Shown here in pieces: positions 28,578 to 42,779 of a stretch of 64,000 bases of DNA. A program made the translations under genes and the position numbers. This DNA comes from the human T2T-CHM13v2.0 reference genome, Homo sapiens: contig CP068257.2 in the NCBI GenBank assembly GCA_009914755.4, positions 30,400,001 through 30,464,000 on the forward strand, in the 5' to 3' direction. The notes under the pieces are model-generated. The model was given only the letters and a program-made list of their open reading frames with translations, had not been told where the DNA came from and searched no databases. Within the stretch, counting starts at the first letter, position 1. Each line of letters begins with the position of its first letter.

Positions 28578-28911
28578 ACAGGACTGGGGCATAGGAAAGA
28601 CGCACAGGTTGGAAATGAATATTAACAAATCTTCAGCCTGTGGAGTTGAGATGAAGCCAGGACAGCACATGACATGGCCTAAGACAATGGGTTGTCCTTG
28701 TGTAGGTAACAGCACCCTGGAGGAATCTTTTGAAAGCTTTGGCTTTCTCCTCAGAACAATAACACACTCAAAAATCGTCATATGGCTTCTGGTTCTGGAA
28801 TCATGGGTTTCACGAAGTCCTGGACTCAAAATTAAGAACTTTTGACCTAGAATGAATTTATGAGTCAAAGGAAGGCCAAGCACAGGTAGATGGGCACATC
28901 AACATGCAAGG

Positions 28912-29035
28912 CATGGGCAGAGGGAGGGAGCCCACGTAGGAGACTGAGAGGGGCTGGATGGAAAGAGAGGAAGAGGGCAGAGGGAGGGAGCCCATGTAGG
29001 AGACTGAGAGGGGCTGGATGGAAAGAGAGGAAGAG
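28912..29035. repeat. Tandem duplication, 2 copies of a roughly 60-bp unit
   Basis: gcagagggagggagcccacgtaggagactgagaggggctggatggaaagagaggaagaggg occurs twice in tandem, with one c/t difference (cccacgtagg vs cccatgtagg). The minus-strand ORF 28858-29079 shows the duplicated peptide SSSLSIQPLSVSY[M/V]GSLPLP. Confidence 0.9.
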
Positions 29036-29430
29036 AACAGAGGTGCTCTAAAAACCAAGCAAAGAAAAGCATGTGCCAAGAATGGATGGAAGGATCAACG
29101 GTGTTCTAGCTGCAGAGAATTAAGCCACATGGGCTGATGAGAGTCTACTGGGGATTTAAGCGTGGTGGTCATGGGTAAGCTTTGCCTGAACCTCTCTGGG
29201 GAAGGGGGAGGTGGAGACAGGGTAGGCTAACAACTGAGTGGGAAGTGAGGTGGAAGAGACATGAGTGCAGGCTCTTTTTTCAGGGGTTTGGGTATGAGGA
29301 AAGAGGAAGACTCCAGCAGGAGTAGTGGAAGGTGTGCAAAGAGCTGAAGGACGGACAGTTAGAGTGTACAGCTCATATTGTCTTAATCCCAGAAAGACTT
29401 GAGTTGTATAATATTTTGCCAATTACCAGC

Positions 29431-29794
29431 TGTATTAGTCTGTTTCCACGCTGCTGATAAAGACATACCTGAGACTGGGCAATTTATTAAAAAAAAAAGG
29501 TTTAATTGGACTCACAGTTCCACATGGCTGTGGAGGCCTCACAATCATGGCAGAAGGCAAGGAGGAGTAAGTCATGTCTTACATGGATGGTGGCAGGCAA
29601 AAAGATTGAGAGCTTGTGCAGGGAAACTCCCAGTTTTTAAAAGATCAAACCTCATGAGGCTCATTCACTGTTATGAGAGCAGCGCAGGAAAGACCCATCC
29701 CCATAATTCAATCACCTCCCCCCAGGTTCCTCCCATGACACATGGAATTGTGGGAGTTACAATTCAAGATGAGATTTGTGGGGGGACACAGCAA
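29431..29794 (-). mobile_element. ERVL-MaLR solo LTR (THE1-like)
   Basis: tgtattagtctgtttccacgctgctgataaagacatacctgagactgggcaatttattaaaaaaaaaaggtttaattggactcacagttccacatggctgtggaggcctcacaatcatggcagaaggcaaggagg...cataattcaatcacctccccccaggttcctcccatgacacatggaattgtgggagttacaattcaagatgagatttgtggggggacacagcaaaaccttatca. Perfect 5-bp TSD ccagc / ccagc. Confidence 0.9.
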
Positions 29795-30604
29795 AACCTT
29801 ATCACCAGCCAACAGGGAGAGACTGAAAAGACAGTAGAGAGCAGAGAGAACTGAAGAACACAATTTTGGTCCTAAGGAAGATGGTACAGGCAGGTGCTGT
29901 GGTGGGGGGAGTCGGCAGGTCAAGAGGTTTCATTACTGTCCCCGAACCCCAGTTCCCACATTCCCCTTTCCCTATCAGGCAACACCTCACCTGCCAGACT
30001 GACTTCAGCTGAATGTCTGTGGGCTACTCTGGTCATTCCTGCCAATTTGGGATAGACACTGATCTGGCTGGAAATGGTTTTTGAACTTGCATCCAAAACA
30101 CATAGCCTAATTTGAATCTCACCAGAGAAGTCTGGCTCCAAAGCAATATTTGAACTCAAATTTATTGCTGCTATTAGCTCTTTCTAAGAGAATCATAAGT
30201 AGATGTTGATATTTTAATGACAGTTATGTCACTGGCTGGCATATTTAAAAGTAGTCATTTTAAGATGTTTCAACAGATCAGTCATGCACTGTGTCAAATG
30301 AGAGGTGCAAATTAGCAGTAAAATATATAACAAACTGTCCCTTTATAGGTATTGCCGAATTTGAGAAATCCAATAGAGGGGATATAAATTACTGTGACTG
30401 ATACATTAGCAGTCCATCAGTCTGCATATCCAGAGAATCTGCTAACATATTCCTATAAATACTGAGTGTGGGAGAATGCTCTTCTGGTGATTCCCAGTGA
30501 ACTGCACCTCCCAGAACTCACTTTAAATTTGGCCTTGCCTGGGCCTGCTTTAATGAGTCAAGTGTGTGGCAGAAGTGATACTGGGCCAATTCTAGATCTA
30601 CATC

Positions 30605-30974
<370 letters not shown>

Positions 30975-31435
30975 TAAGAAGTCCAGCTACCCTGAGATGT
31001 CATGCCAGGAGGAAAGCCCACACTCACCATGTGAAGAGGCCACAGCGGGAGAATCAAGGAACTACCCACTTCACACTGGGCAACCGTGACAGCCGAGGCC
31101 CCAGCTGATTACCCAGGTTGAGCCATTCTAGCCAGCTCTAGCTGGTCAATCTACCCAGGTTGACACCACGTGGAGCAAGACAAGCTCTCCCCATTGAACT
31201 CTTCCCAGATTGCAACATCTGGAGGGAATAATAAAATGATGGCTTAAGCCACTAAATTTTGAGTATATTGTTAGAGTATATTGTTTTGTAGCAATAAGTA
31301 TGAGCATATTGTTTGAGTATGAGTATGGGTATTATGAGTATTAGGTATGAGTATTATGTTTGAGTATATTGTTTTGCAGCAATAGGTAACAGAAACATGG
31401 CGCTTTCTGGCATGTTTTGCTTGTTTGTTTGTGGA

Positions 31436-31550
31436 GTTGGGGTCTCACTATGTTGCCCAGGCTGGTCTTGAACTCCTGGCCTCAAGCAATCCTCCTGCCT
31501 CAGCTTCCTGAGCAGCTGAAACTATAGGTATGAGCCACTGCACCCAGCAT
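31436..31550 (-). mobile_element. Partial Alu fragment of about 115 bp
   Basis: gttggggtctcactatgttgcccaggctggtcttgaactcctggcctcaagcaatcctcctgcctcagcttcctgagcagctgaaactataggtatgagccactgcacccagc. Confidence 0.8.
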
Positions 31551-33209
31551 TTGGTACATTTTAAATATGCAGAATGGGAGAGAGTCATGTACATGAAATG
31601 TTTGGAAAGGATTAGTCCATGAAGCTGGATCAGTTGGTTAGCCTGTGGTGGCGATGGGAGGGATAAAGTTAGATCTTTCACTTCAATCTAGATGAAAATT
31701 AATTCCAAATAATATTTGCACAACACTTCTGAAAAATGCTGTAAGACATGTCAGCCTGTATTTTCATCAGCTTTTAGTTTACTTCTGGGGATTTGGGAGT
31801 GGAAAGGGAGTGGGGGCATAAATAATGTATGTTCATTGCATAAAAATTCAAAAGTCCAGATGAGCAAAGAAGGAGAAAAATAAAAATTATCCATAATCTC
31901 ATCACATAGAGGTAACCACTGTTAGCATTTTTGTTTATATTCTTTCATGGTTTTTCCATATATTAATAATCATAAAAAATAGGCTCGTATTGTATAATTG
32001 TTGTAACCTATTTTGTTTTACTTGACACCATATCACGAACATCTTTGAATGTCCATCAATAATGCATGTGTTATGAATGCATAATATTACATCGAATAGA
32101 TGTTCCATAATTTGCTCAACAAATTCCTTACTGCTGGATGTTGAGGCTGGTTCCAATTTTCCTCGTAGGTAAATCTTAATGTACATACAGAATTATTTCC
32201 TTAGAATAAATTCCAAAAAGTGGAATTGCTTAGTAAATAAGTTTGCATATAGTGAAGGCTTTTCAATACAAAATTTCAAATTACTCTCAAAAGTGATCAG
32301 CCTTCTTGGTAATATAAGAGAATTACTTTCTCCCCCTTACATGGTCTTACATGTAGTTAATATTACTTTTTTTTTCCTTCGGTTTTCAAAGAAGGCACTA
32401 CTGTTTGACAATTGTTATGAGTGTTTGGCTAAGGCACATGTGTTTCAACTCCAAATAACCAAACGCCAAGTCAGAGTGGTTGTGGGGGCGGGGCATGCAT
32501 CTAGTAAACATTTTAGGTTTTGAGATCCAAGAGGCACAATTGAGAACATTATGTAGGTATTTATATAAGAATGCAAAAATGTAAAACACCTAGATGCCTC
32601 ACAGTTACTTCAAACCCAACATGCCCAAAACCTAAGTCTTTATTTTATTAACTCATAACTTCTTAACTCCTAACTGTACAAAAACCAGTGGTGAGTCCGT
32701 TTGCCCACAAGCCATAGCTCACTGACTGCTGCTCTAAGCGGTTGCTCCTTCTGCTTGAAGCACTTCACTGGATAATTTTTACAAGTCAGGGTAGTGAGTC
32801 CATGTTGGGTAACGCTTAGGGTACAACTGTCCACAAAAGTCCCTTATGGAGGAATTTACTAGAATCCTAGGTTGCCATCATTTGGTGAACTTTATTTTGT
32901 ATGACCTCTTAAAGAATATCCCAGCCATGGCATGGGTATATGGGTGGGTGGTGTGCAGGAAGAGTCACGTAAATATTCACAGCTACGCAGCATCCAACTT
33001 GCAGAGTCCCCTGTGCTTATCACCTTGCTGTTAGGAGATGGGGGCTCATGTAAGATTTTGTGTGTTTTACATTATAAAAATTGTTTTTTTTTCTTATTAA
33101 AGAAGTACTACATACTTGTAAAAAGTACAAAGAGTGTTAATACACTCACCCTGCTGACAGAACCTCTACTAATATTTTGGTTAATTTCCTTTTAAGTGCC
33201 TGTGTGATA

Positions 33210-33253
33210 GAAAGAGAGAGAGATAGGGAGAGATAGAGAGAGAAAGAGAGAGA
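33210..33253. repeat. (GA)n / (AGAGAGAT)n simple repeat
   Basis: gaaagagagagagatagggagagatagagagagaaagagagaga. Confidence 0.85.
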
Positions 33254-34280
33254 CTCCAAAACAGACATCATATTTGTATACAGTGTGGCATAAGTTTATT
33301 CACTTAGCGTTAGCTATGAATGTCATTGGCTAATTCATATCCCATCATGAGGAAGTAGCTTTTTCAAGTGAATTCCCAGCTGATGGGCATTTGGGCCTTT
33401 ACTAGTCTTCCAGTGTTATAAATAATGCTATAGGAAATATCTTTAAATGCAGGTCTTCGTTCATGTTTTTATGTCTTTTATTATTTCCTTTGAATAGGTT
33501 CCAAAAGTGGGGGTTACAGCTCACAGAGTAGGAGTGTACTTGATATCTTTTATACATATTTCTACTTTACTTTGTTTTTCCAGAAAGGCTGCCGTCATTT
33601 AGAGCAGTGTACTAGTGTGATCATTATCACATCTTTAGGATAATATAATTTTCAAAATATTTGCTAATTTTGACAGGTTGAGTGATATTTTATTGTTGGT
33701 TTAAATTATATTGATTTAATTTCTAGCTTTTTAAAAACTATTTTCTTATGTGTTTTATTTGTATTTCTTTTGTGAAATATGTATTCAGATTCTTTTTTCC
33801 ATTTTGTTGTTTTCCCCCCATTTTCTTATTGTTTTGTAAGAATTCTGTAAATATTCATAATATGAGCCATATTGCATATGTACCTACTGTATATGGTGTA
33901 AACTGTGTTGCAAACATTTTGTGATTTGCCTTTTAATTTTGCTTTGGATGTCTTTCTGGCATGCAGAAGTTTTGTATTTTTATGTAGCCAAATCTAGCAA
34001 GCTTTTTCTTTTTGACTCCTTTTCTTACTTTCATGTTTGGGAGGTTCATCTGTGGGATCATCCCCTAATCCATAGCACCTTTGAAGTTTCGTTTTTAATG
34101 GCTTCATGTTTTACATTTAATTCTTTAAGCCATCTGGAATTAATTTTGGTCTAGGTTGAAGTGAAGGATATAACTTTATCCCCCCAGCCTCCCAAAGCTA
34201 ACCATCTGACCTGGCTCTATTGACTAATCCTTTCCAAACTCCTAATGTGCATGACTTTCTCCCACTCTGCAGTATTGGAC

Positions 34281-34335
34281 TGGGGGAGGGGGAGGGAGAA
34301 AGAGAGAGGAGGAGGAGGAGGAAGGGGAGAGATTC
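34281..34335. repeat. Polypurine (GGGGGA / GGA) tract
   Basis: gggggagggggagggagaaagagagaggaggaggaggaggaaggggagag. Confidence 0.85.
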
Positions 34336-36194
34336 TTTAGTCACACACCAAAGTTGCACAGCTGTAGGTGCTGCAGAGACTTTTGTCCCTAACTGTGTGA
34401 TCACCACATGTGATCCCTAACGATGCACTGAAGGGCGCTGCTGACTCCAGAACTTCAATGCTTAGTGGAGCAACAAGCAATTGGCCAAGGCCGTTTCTGA
34501 CCCCAACTCCAAGTCCTCTGACACAACTCAGATTTAAGCTGAATTATCAACCTAGGTTGGGGAGAGGTGGCAAGTGTCTTTGTCTCTCAAGCACTCGCAT
34601 AAGTTCCAGAGTGCTTCGTTGAAGAATGGCGCTGGACCTTCTAGGAGGAGATGCTCCCTTCAGCCACCTCCCCCAACTATGTGTGGAAACAGATCCTGTT
34701 ACCCAGAAATTTTCAGAGATGTGTCTTATCATCTGTCTCCCAGAGACCAGAGCCTTGGCCACCACCCTGGCTGGCTATGAACTCCCCTTGCTGGTTTCCA
34801 CTCTGCCATATTATTCATTTAAATACTTACTGTGTGGACAATGTGGGATCTCAACCATGACACACAGCCCCTCCCTGTCCTCCAGGAATTCACAGTCTGA
34901 AATTGCTTGTGGCCAATAGACATTTTACTTGTACGCTATGCTAGAGGATGAATAGCAGGGGCTGTCTCCTTGGGACTGCAACCCTGGACCTACCTGCTAA
35001 ACCTAAACATAGACTAAACCAGCATTTCCTAAGTACCTATGATGTACGTGGGCATGAGGGATTGGGGAAGAATGAGTGCATACACTTTATGCATATGTTT
35101 ATTTATAAATATTATTACAATTATACTCGTTCTTATTTTGTATATAGATGAACAGAATCATGTATAAAGTCTTTCTGGGCTAGGTTTCTAAGGCATTGCC
35201 AAGTTAAGTAGGTACCTGCTCAAAATCACCCTGGGAAATGGCAGCCCTGGGGGTCAACCCTGAAGCAACCTGCTCTCCCAGGCTCGTGGTCCTTCCTCAT
35301 GATGGATCAGTGCGTCTGACCCATCATCACTCCCCCTTTCATCCCATCCTCTAACGTATCCATCGCCATGCACCAGGCGCCAGCCTTTGCGTGTCCTAAC
35401 TCTGAAGACCTCATTCAGATGTCTTCTCTTTCCTTTCAGTTATTTTGCTGTTTCCTCACATCCACCAGCATGACCGCCCATCCCCAAAGAGCTCCTTCTC
35501 CCTATACATTTACATTTGCCTTTGCGCAATGATGATATTTGCGTAAGATGTTTTTTGCCCTCAGCCCAAAAGGGTGCAGCCACATTACACATATAATCGG
35601 GTGTGGTGGTTCTTTACCTTAAGCCTTGATGGGTGTACATCGATAGCACACCGGGGCAGAGAGGTCACGTGTGCAAAGATTTGCACATTAGAAATAATAT
35701 AACCCTTGAGGGATGTTGCTTTTATTTCTTCCCTATACACCCCCAGCTTAATTATTATTGACATTCTAGTGAAGTATTATTGTTATTTTCCAAAGAAAGA
35801 CCCTTGTCTTCTGCAGTCTTCATGGAAGAATATTCAAGGAAAGTCTGGCTGTTACTATTGCCTGGAGGTGTGAAATGTGAAAGGCAGTTTGCAGTGTGTT
35901 CCTGACGTCTCTAAAGTATGGGCAGAGGGAAACAGACATAAGATATTGTTTAAAGCAGTTTCTTTTCTGGGGGCTCAGATCCCATGGGTTCAAGGAGCAC
36001 CAATTTGCCTACCTCTCTGCTCCTCTTCCTCCCCTGACAGGGCCATGTGAGCTCAGCCTTGAGAACCCAAGCAAAAGGAATAATAATAGCAACAATGACC
36101 CTGTGACAGCAGCATTGTTCTGTTTCCTTCCTAGGTGCTGGGTACTATGCTTGGCGCTTTATATGAATCATCTCATTTACTTTCACAACAGCTG

Positions 36195-36350
36195 AGGCAG
36201 GAGCTCCTTTTGTCATACCCATTTTACAGATGGGCAATTGAGGATCAGAGAAATTAAGAAATGAGCCCAAAGTCACATAGCTAGCAAGTGGCAGAGCTGG
36301 GTTTTGAACCAGACTTTTTGGCTCCAGAGTCCTCACTCCTAACTATTAGA
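36195..36350 (-). mobile_element. MIR SINE
   Basis: catacccattttacagatgggcaattgaggatcagagaaattaagaaatgagcccaaagtcacatagctagcaagtggcagagctgggttttgaaccagactttttggctccagagtcctcactcctaactattagagc is the MIR consensus in reverse orientation (ccccattttacagatgaggaaactgaggctcagagaggttaagtaacttgcccaaggtcacacagctagtaagtggcagagctgggatttgaaccc). Confidence 0.85.
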
Positions 36351-36405
36351 GCTCTTCTGCTTCTGACATTGAAGCTTAGTTTATGGGGTTGGTATAGAGG
36401 GTCTA

Positions 36406-36793
<388 letters not shown>

Positions 36794-37939
36794 TCCAGAC
36801 AAACCGGAAAAACACAAAACAACCCCAGCTGTCCGTGGGCTATGTCCTAATGGGGTCCTGACTCCTGTATGCTACCTCCTTCTAGCAGTTGCAGCCACTC
36901 AATGTCCACTTGAGGGGCAGCCTCCATTTTCACGAGCAATGCTGAGCTGAGGGCTGGGGACAATTAAGTCCCTCCAGATGGATTGTGACCCTGATTCCTC
37001 TGACAAGGATTCTCTCCTCCTTCTTCCTGCCTACTTGCCTCTGTTCTTCCAGTCGGGGCCTGTCTTGGTCTTAGTTCTCAACCTTCCACCTTTCCCAGAT
37101 GTGAGGCCACACTCTTGCCCGCCGTGAACCGATGCTGCTCCCTGTGGACCTGGCTGTTTGCTGTGGGCTCTTCTGCAGATCATCTTTTTGTCAGGGCCCG
37201 GCTCTGGCCAACTTGTGGTGTTGGGAAGCATCACCTACCTACAGGCTGCCATAAACCAGAACGGAGAGACCATCAAGCTTCTGGGACAATTTGGAATCTA
37301 AATGTTCCCTGGAGCCACTGTAATTTGGGCAGAGAGGGGAAAACCTCAGTAAAAAGTTGAAGGGAGAGAAATCAGGATCAGGGAGGAGAGCTGGGGGGCA
37401 GAGGGAGAGAGGAGGCACCTGGAGACACCTGTTCCTGCGGCAGGACGGCGGGTGGGAGCTGTACCTGCAGGCGGCTCTGTATCCTGGCCAAGATGCTCCG
37501 CCCATCACCTCTGTTGCCACCATGTTGCCAGGAAACATTTGGATTGCATTCTACCATTGAAGAAGCCCTGCCAAGAGGGCCAGTCAGGGCCAGGACATCA
37601 TTCCCTCCTGCTCACGGCTGGCCGTGCCCAGCTGGCTATCCAGAGGGCACCAGCATCAGGGATCAGGAGCTCACCAGGTATTTCTTTGCATGGTGAGTGG
37701 TAACTTACAAAGCAGGGCCCTGCACTGTGAATAGGCAAGTTCAGTTTCGCTGGGTCTTGACACAGTGTGGTTAAATAACACCTGCAGATGGAATCACCAG
37801 GAGAGCCTGTTAAAATACAAATTCCTGGGACTACCCCTATGTACCCCCAAACTTAGTCAAAACTCCCACTCTGTGCCAAGTACTGCTCAACTCACTTTAT
37901 ATGTGTTAACTCACTTAGAGTTAATACCTGCAAGGTAGG

Positions 37940-38080
37940 TGCTACTATCATTGTTCCCATTTTACAGATGAAGAAACTGGTGCAGAGAGGGCTGGGAAGG
38001 CACCCTGGTCACACAGCTAATAAGAATTGGGATCTGAACTCAGGCTGAGTGGCTGCAGAGCCCTCTGCCAGGCCAGCCTG
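37940..38080 (-). mobile_element. MIR SINE fragment
   Basis: ttgttcccattttacagatgaagaaactggtgcagagagggctgggaaggcaccctggtcacacagctaataagaattgggatctgaactcaggctgagtggctgcagagccctctgcc. Confidence 0.6.
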
Positions 38081-39258
38081 GGAGCCTCCTGTCTCAGACA
38101 GAAAAGCCTGTCCACTTGAAAAATGGACATCAGCAATGGCTTTTCAACCTACTGGGCTAATTAGTGCTCACTTGGAAGTCATCAGCTTAAACCAAATATT
38201 GTTAATCTATAAAATTCCTATGACCATGGGTCAGCCACCTTGCTGCCCTGTAAATGATAGGGTATTATCTTCCCAAACTCAATAAGGTTTTCAACCTATT
38301 TGGGAGTCAGTGACCTCCTTGACAATCCAATGAAAGTGTGGATCTTGCCCACATAACAAAAGACACCTATTCACATTTAATATGTAATAGCAAGAATGCC
38401 CAGGAAATCTGTGGATGCTATGTTGTGAACCCCAACCTACATGAATACATGAATCTTCCCTAAATTGAGGTTCCCCCCATCCCTCATCTCTTTGTCTCTT
38501 AAAATTCTCAGTAAGAAGGGAGGCACACCTAGGAAAATTATTTGATTGGAGTCAAAGTAATTAAGGCACAACTTTCCTTCCCTTTGGTACTTGCAAACAT
38601 CCATCTTAATTAAAGTGTTCATTATGAGGCCAGTGCTCGGGGCTGCCAGGAGACTGGATAAGACAGAAAACCCCTTAGGATTATGAGAGGTCACTGCTTA
38701 TTGAACCTGGGATTCTCATTACTGAAGCGACCCTATGCCTTGGGTAGCTTAAGGAAGATTCTCTGTGGCAGCAGACATGGGTTCTTTGAATTTTCTTTGA
38801 AGCCAGTTTTTGCCATAAACTGTAGAGTTACCTTACTGTGTGTTATTCAATGAATGTTCTTTCCCTACAGTTCTACCTTGGGTAAGTAGGTTAACCAATT
38901 AAGAAATGTTCTGTGACAGTTAGTTTTATGTGTCAATCTGATGAGACTCTAGTACCTAGTTATTTCATCAAACACGGATCTAGATGTTGCTGTGAACATA
39001 TTTCGTAAATGTGGTTAACATCTACAATCAGGAGACTTTAAGTACAGGAGCTTATTCTCAATACTGTGAATGGCCCACTCTCAATCAGTTGGAAGAGGCC
39101 TCATGAGGAAAGACTGACATTTCCTAGAGAAGAATTCTGCCTCAAGACTAGAGGATCACACTCTTGCCTGAGTTTCTAGCCTGCTGGCCTAACCTACAGA
39201 TTTTGGACTTGACGGCCTCCATAATTGCAGAAGCTCCGTCCTTAAAATAAATCTCCTT

Positions 39259-39360
39259 AGATAGATGATAGATAGACAGACAGACAGACAGAGATCTGTA
39301 TCTATCTCTATCTACCTACCTACCTATCAATCTATATCTACCTAACATCTATCTGTACAT
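39259..39360. repeat. Compound tetranucleotide microsatellite with a strand switch, (GATA/GACA)n then (TCTA/TACC)n
   Basis: agatagatgatagatagacagacagacagacagagatctgtatctatctctatctacctacctacctatcaatctatatctacc. The purine-motif run and its near reverse complement meet around agatct. Confidence 0.85.
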
Positions 39361-41236
39361 ATGTATCTCCCGTTTGTTCTGTTCCTCTTAACTATAATAT
39401 GCATCCGAAAGAGCACAGTCATCTATGTGGATGACAATTGCTTTGTAATAAATAAAAGAGCTGTATGTTATCAAATGTCACTCGATTACCCACATGCCCT
39501 GCTCCCGGCCCCTGGAAGGAGCGATGTGAAGTCAGAACGGTGAGCTGGGAGCAGGCAGTCAACTTGGTCCTTCTCAGCTTGACTATGTATCAGTGTCACT
39601 GTAGGGGGTGTGGGAGGTATGGGGTAGGAAGAGTTTGTTAAAAATGCAGCCTCTCAGAGTTCTACCCTCCAAAGTTCTGAATCTATGGGTCCGGGTCCAG
39701 AAGTCTGCATCTTAACAATCCCCCAGAGTGATTCTACTTCAGGCGGCCCTTTGAGAAATACAGCTTACAGGATGGCCCCCAAGCCTCCAGACCAGGCCCA
39801 AATCCATTCTCCATTTTCCCATTAGGTCCTTCAAGTGCTGAAGCTAAGAGCAAGGGGGGCCAGTTTTTACCCCCTGGTTAGTGCCCTGGCCTGGCTGTGC
39901 CTCTTGAAGTCCAAACACTTAATGCCAGGAAAGGTACATGTGAGGCCTTCTAGCTCCCATGGTGTACTGACTAAGCTGATGGACTCTTTAACCAGACCGC
40001 GCAGCGTTCAAATTCCAGCTTGGTCTTTTAATGACTGTTTTTACAACTGCATGTCACACTATTTCTTTGCTTCTGCAATTGTGGTATCATCTTCTGACGT
40101 GACATATGGTGGGCTTGCTCCACTTGCCAATCCAATAGCAGATTTGATTTTACCTCTTCCCACAATTTCAGGTTTAAACAGCAAAATATGAATGTGTTGG
40201 TCTGAATACCCTGGTGGCTTCGCAGTTTGATACTGATCTGCGGCCTCCTTTTATAGTACAATCCTCATCGAGTCAGTACGATAGGAAGAAACTCAAGACA
40301 CACTCCAGGCACTGGTCCTACAACAACCCCCAGCTTTGAGGCTTTCCTTCCCTCCCGAAAAGCTTCTCTGGGTACACGCAGAGTAGCTTTGTTCCTCCTC
40401 CAACAAAGAAAGCTGGCCCATCCCTTCCCAACCTCAAGGTACATTCCCATTAGCTGATGTGAACCTTGTTTGCCTGTGCTTGAGAATCAAGAAGAATGGG
40501 GCCGACCTTACATGTGACTGGATCTTTATCGAAGTCTTTACCAGGAAGACAGCTATCAGGATACTATGAAGGTTACGGGGGCAGAGCAAGGAGGACAGCG
40601 GGGGTGGTGGCGCTCATAAAACTTAAAGATAAGGAAGCAGAGGCCTCTTGCCGTGTTTGTTCAGAGGATCTTCCACCTTCCATGGCCTTCCAATAACTGA
40701 TCTCCCCTACCTTCCAGCACTTGCTGACCTGCCCTCACCTCCTGCCTCTGGCCTCTTGCAGACACAGACCTGCAAAACATCTGCAAAAACAGTGCTGGGC
40801 TGCCCTGGCTGTTAACAGAGGACTCACAGAGTCTATTTAGTTTTCGAGTTCTGATTTTATCTTGTTTATAAAATCCATATGGAGAGAGAAGGAAAAAGAG
40901 AGTAGGGGGAACAAATAACTTCAGGCTATCAAGAGTAGGTTGATAATCAAGAGTACGTTGGCTTCTGGCAGATATGGTGTCTCTTTTGGGCCTGGGGTTT
41001 GGCTTTGCCGATTCCATTGCTCACAGCTTCTCCTCCGGTCAGTCCAGCTGCTTATTTGAGCATTTTGCAGAAGAGGAAGTTTAAACTCAGAGCTGAACTC
41101 CAGGATTGAGGTTGTTATTAACTTTGTCATCTGAGCTTGTCCTCTCTCATCAACGGAAGAGAAGTTGGCTGTATCTAATCTGGACTAGGGCTCTGAAGAC
41201 CCGATCCGGGTCTCTGGCACCTGCTGGCTGTGTGAC

Positions 41237-41598
41237 TGTATTAGTACGTTTTCACATTACTGATAAAGAAAGTTTACCCAAGACTGGGTAACTTATAAAG
41301 AAAAAGAGGTTTAATGGACTCACAGTCCCATGTGACTGGGGAGGCCTCACAATCATGGTGGAAGGTGAAAGGCATGTCTTACATGGCAGCAGGCAAGAGA
41401 GAAGCTTGTGCAGGGGAGACTCCTATTTATAAAACCATCAGATCTTGTGAGACTTATTCATTACCACAAGAACAGCAGGGGAAAGACCCGCCCCCATGAT
41501 TCAATTACCTCCCACTGGGTCCATCCCATGACATGTGGGAATTATGGGAACTACAATTCAAGATGAGATGTGGGTGGAAACACAGCCAAACCATATCA
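41237..41598 (-). mobile_element. ERVL-MaLR solo LTR (THE1-like)
   Basis: tgtattagtacgttttcacattactgataaagaaagtttacccaagactgggtaacttataaagaaaaagaggtttaatggactcacagtcccatgtgactggggaggcctcacaatcatggtggaaggtgaaagg...catgattcaattacctcccactgggtccatcccatgacatgtgggaattatgggaactacaattcaagatgagatgtgggtggaaacacagccaaaccatatca. Perfect 5-bp TSD gtgac / gtgac. Confidence 0.9.
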
Positions 41599-42214
41599 GT
41601 GACCTTGGGTGAGTCCAAGGCCAGGCTCTCTAAGTCTTGGTTTTTCATCTGGAAAATAGAGGTAATACAAGGAATGTTTGTGAAGATCTGACACATAATG
41701 AGAGCTCAAAACATGTTAGCTATTTGGTCTTACTCTTTCTCCCTTGTAATGACTTCATCTTGTAAGTGCCACATGCCCTTCCCTGGATCACCTTCCCTAA
41801 CTTATATGGCTGTTGGAGAATTAATTGCAACAAGGGTCACAAACACATCTTGTAAATGTGATTCAAACTCCACACTAATGCCCAGATCATCATAATTACC
41901 TCTCTAACCTTCATCTTGCTTTAGTTTATCTTTCCCTCCATATCTGGAATACCCTCCATTCTCCCCTTTTTTCTGCTTAAAAAATTCCTGCTGAAGATCC
42001 AATCAAGTATCCCTCTCTCTAAGAAGCCCTCTCCAGCCTCCCCAGGCCTCTGGCTGTTTCCTTTACTGAATGCATAGAGTTATATTTATAGTTTTCCATC
42101 CTGATTCCATCATTTGAATCCAAGTTCTTCTAAGGTCAGAAGCTAGACCATGTTCTTTCACAAATCCTAGGGTCTAGCAAAATACTTTACACAGAGTAAG
42201 GACCCGGTAAATAA

Positions 42215-42312
42215 ATGGAAGGGTGGATGAATGGATGGGTGAATGGATGAAAAGATGATGAATGGACAGATGGATGGAAGGATGGACGGTTAAGTGGTTG
42301 AATGGATGGGAG
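42215..42312. repeat. (GGATG)n / (GAATGGATG)n simple repeat
   Basis: ggatgaatggatgggtgaatggatgaaaagatgatgaatggacagatggatggaaggatggacggttaagtggttgaatggatgg. Confidence 0.85.
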
Positions 42313-42779
42313 AATTTTGTAGACACGTCTCAAGAACCATCAATAGTTGATATCCAGTCTCTCAATGTCTCTACTGTGCTAAAATGATTCCCTTGTCTTC
42401 AGCTGACATTTATCAGTGATTGGTACAATGAGCATAGGAGGACTGATGGACTTCTAGCAAAAGGTTAATTCACTCAACTCCACATCTAAAATATGATCTT
42501 AGGAGATTTTGGCCTGCAGTTGGTCTTCTCCAGGGGAGTCAGCCTATGGCAGGTTGGATGCTCATCCCAGCTGGAATCATGGTGTCTGTCCAACTCTTCC
42601 AACTCCTATAGAAGACCTGCCATGGCAAACTCAACCAAATATGTCACAGCCTTTGTGATCAGGAAGGGTTTCTCAGCATCCTTTACAAATCTCTAAAGCT
42701 ACGGAAGAAAATTACTACCTCTTGTTAAGATGGACCATGGTATTTAACAAAGATCGCTGGGTTGGAAACCAGGACGTCT

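Noticed and set aside
26922-29794. Two same-orientation THE1-like LTRs 2.2 kb apart looked like a full-length MaLR provirus (LTR-internal-LTR) carrying an AluJ
   Set aside because: Each LTR has its own matching 5-bp flanking duplication, cttac/cttat for 26922-27274 and ccagc/ccagc for 29431-29794. They are therefore independent solo LTRs. The sequence between them also contains one arm of the inverted duplication and an Alu rather than recognisable MaLR internal sequence.
29399-29854. 151-aa plus-strand ORF, and the similar 62819-63142 107-aa ORF
   Set aside because: They lie wholly within MaLR LTRs (…RLIHCYESSAGKTHPHNSITSPQVPPMTHGI…), a well-known LTR-derived pseudo-peptide.
33440-34160. 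AT-rich block that looked like an L1 3'UTR or ORF2 C-terminus
   Set aside because: I could not align a convincing L1 peptide or terminal motif by eye. It is left unannotated as a probable ancient LINE remnant and needs RepeatMasker.
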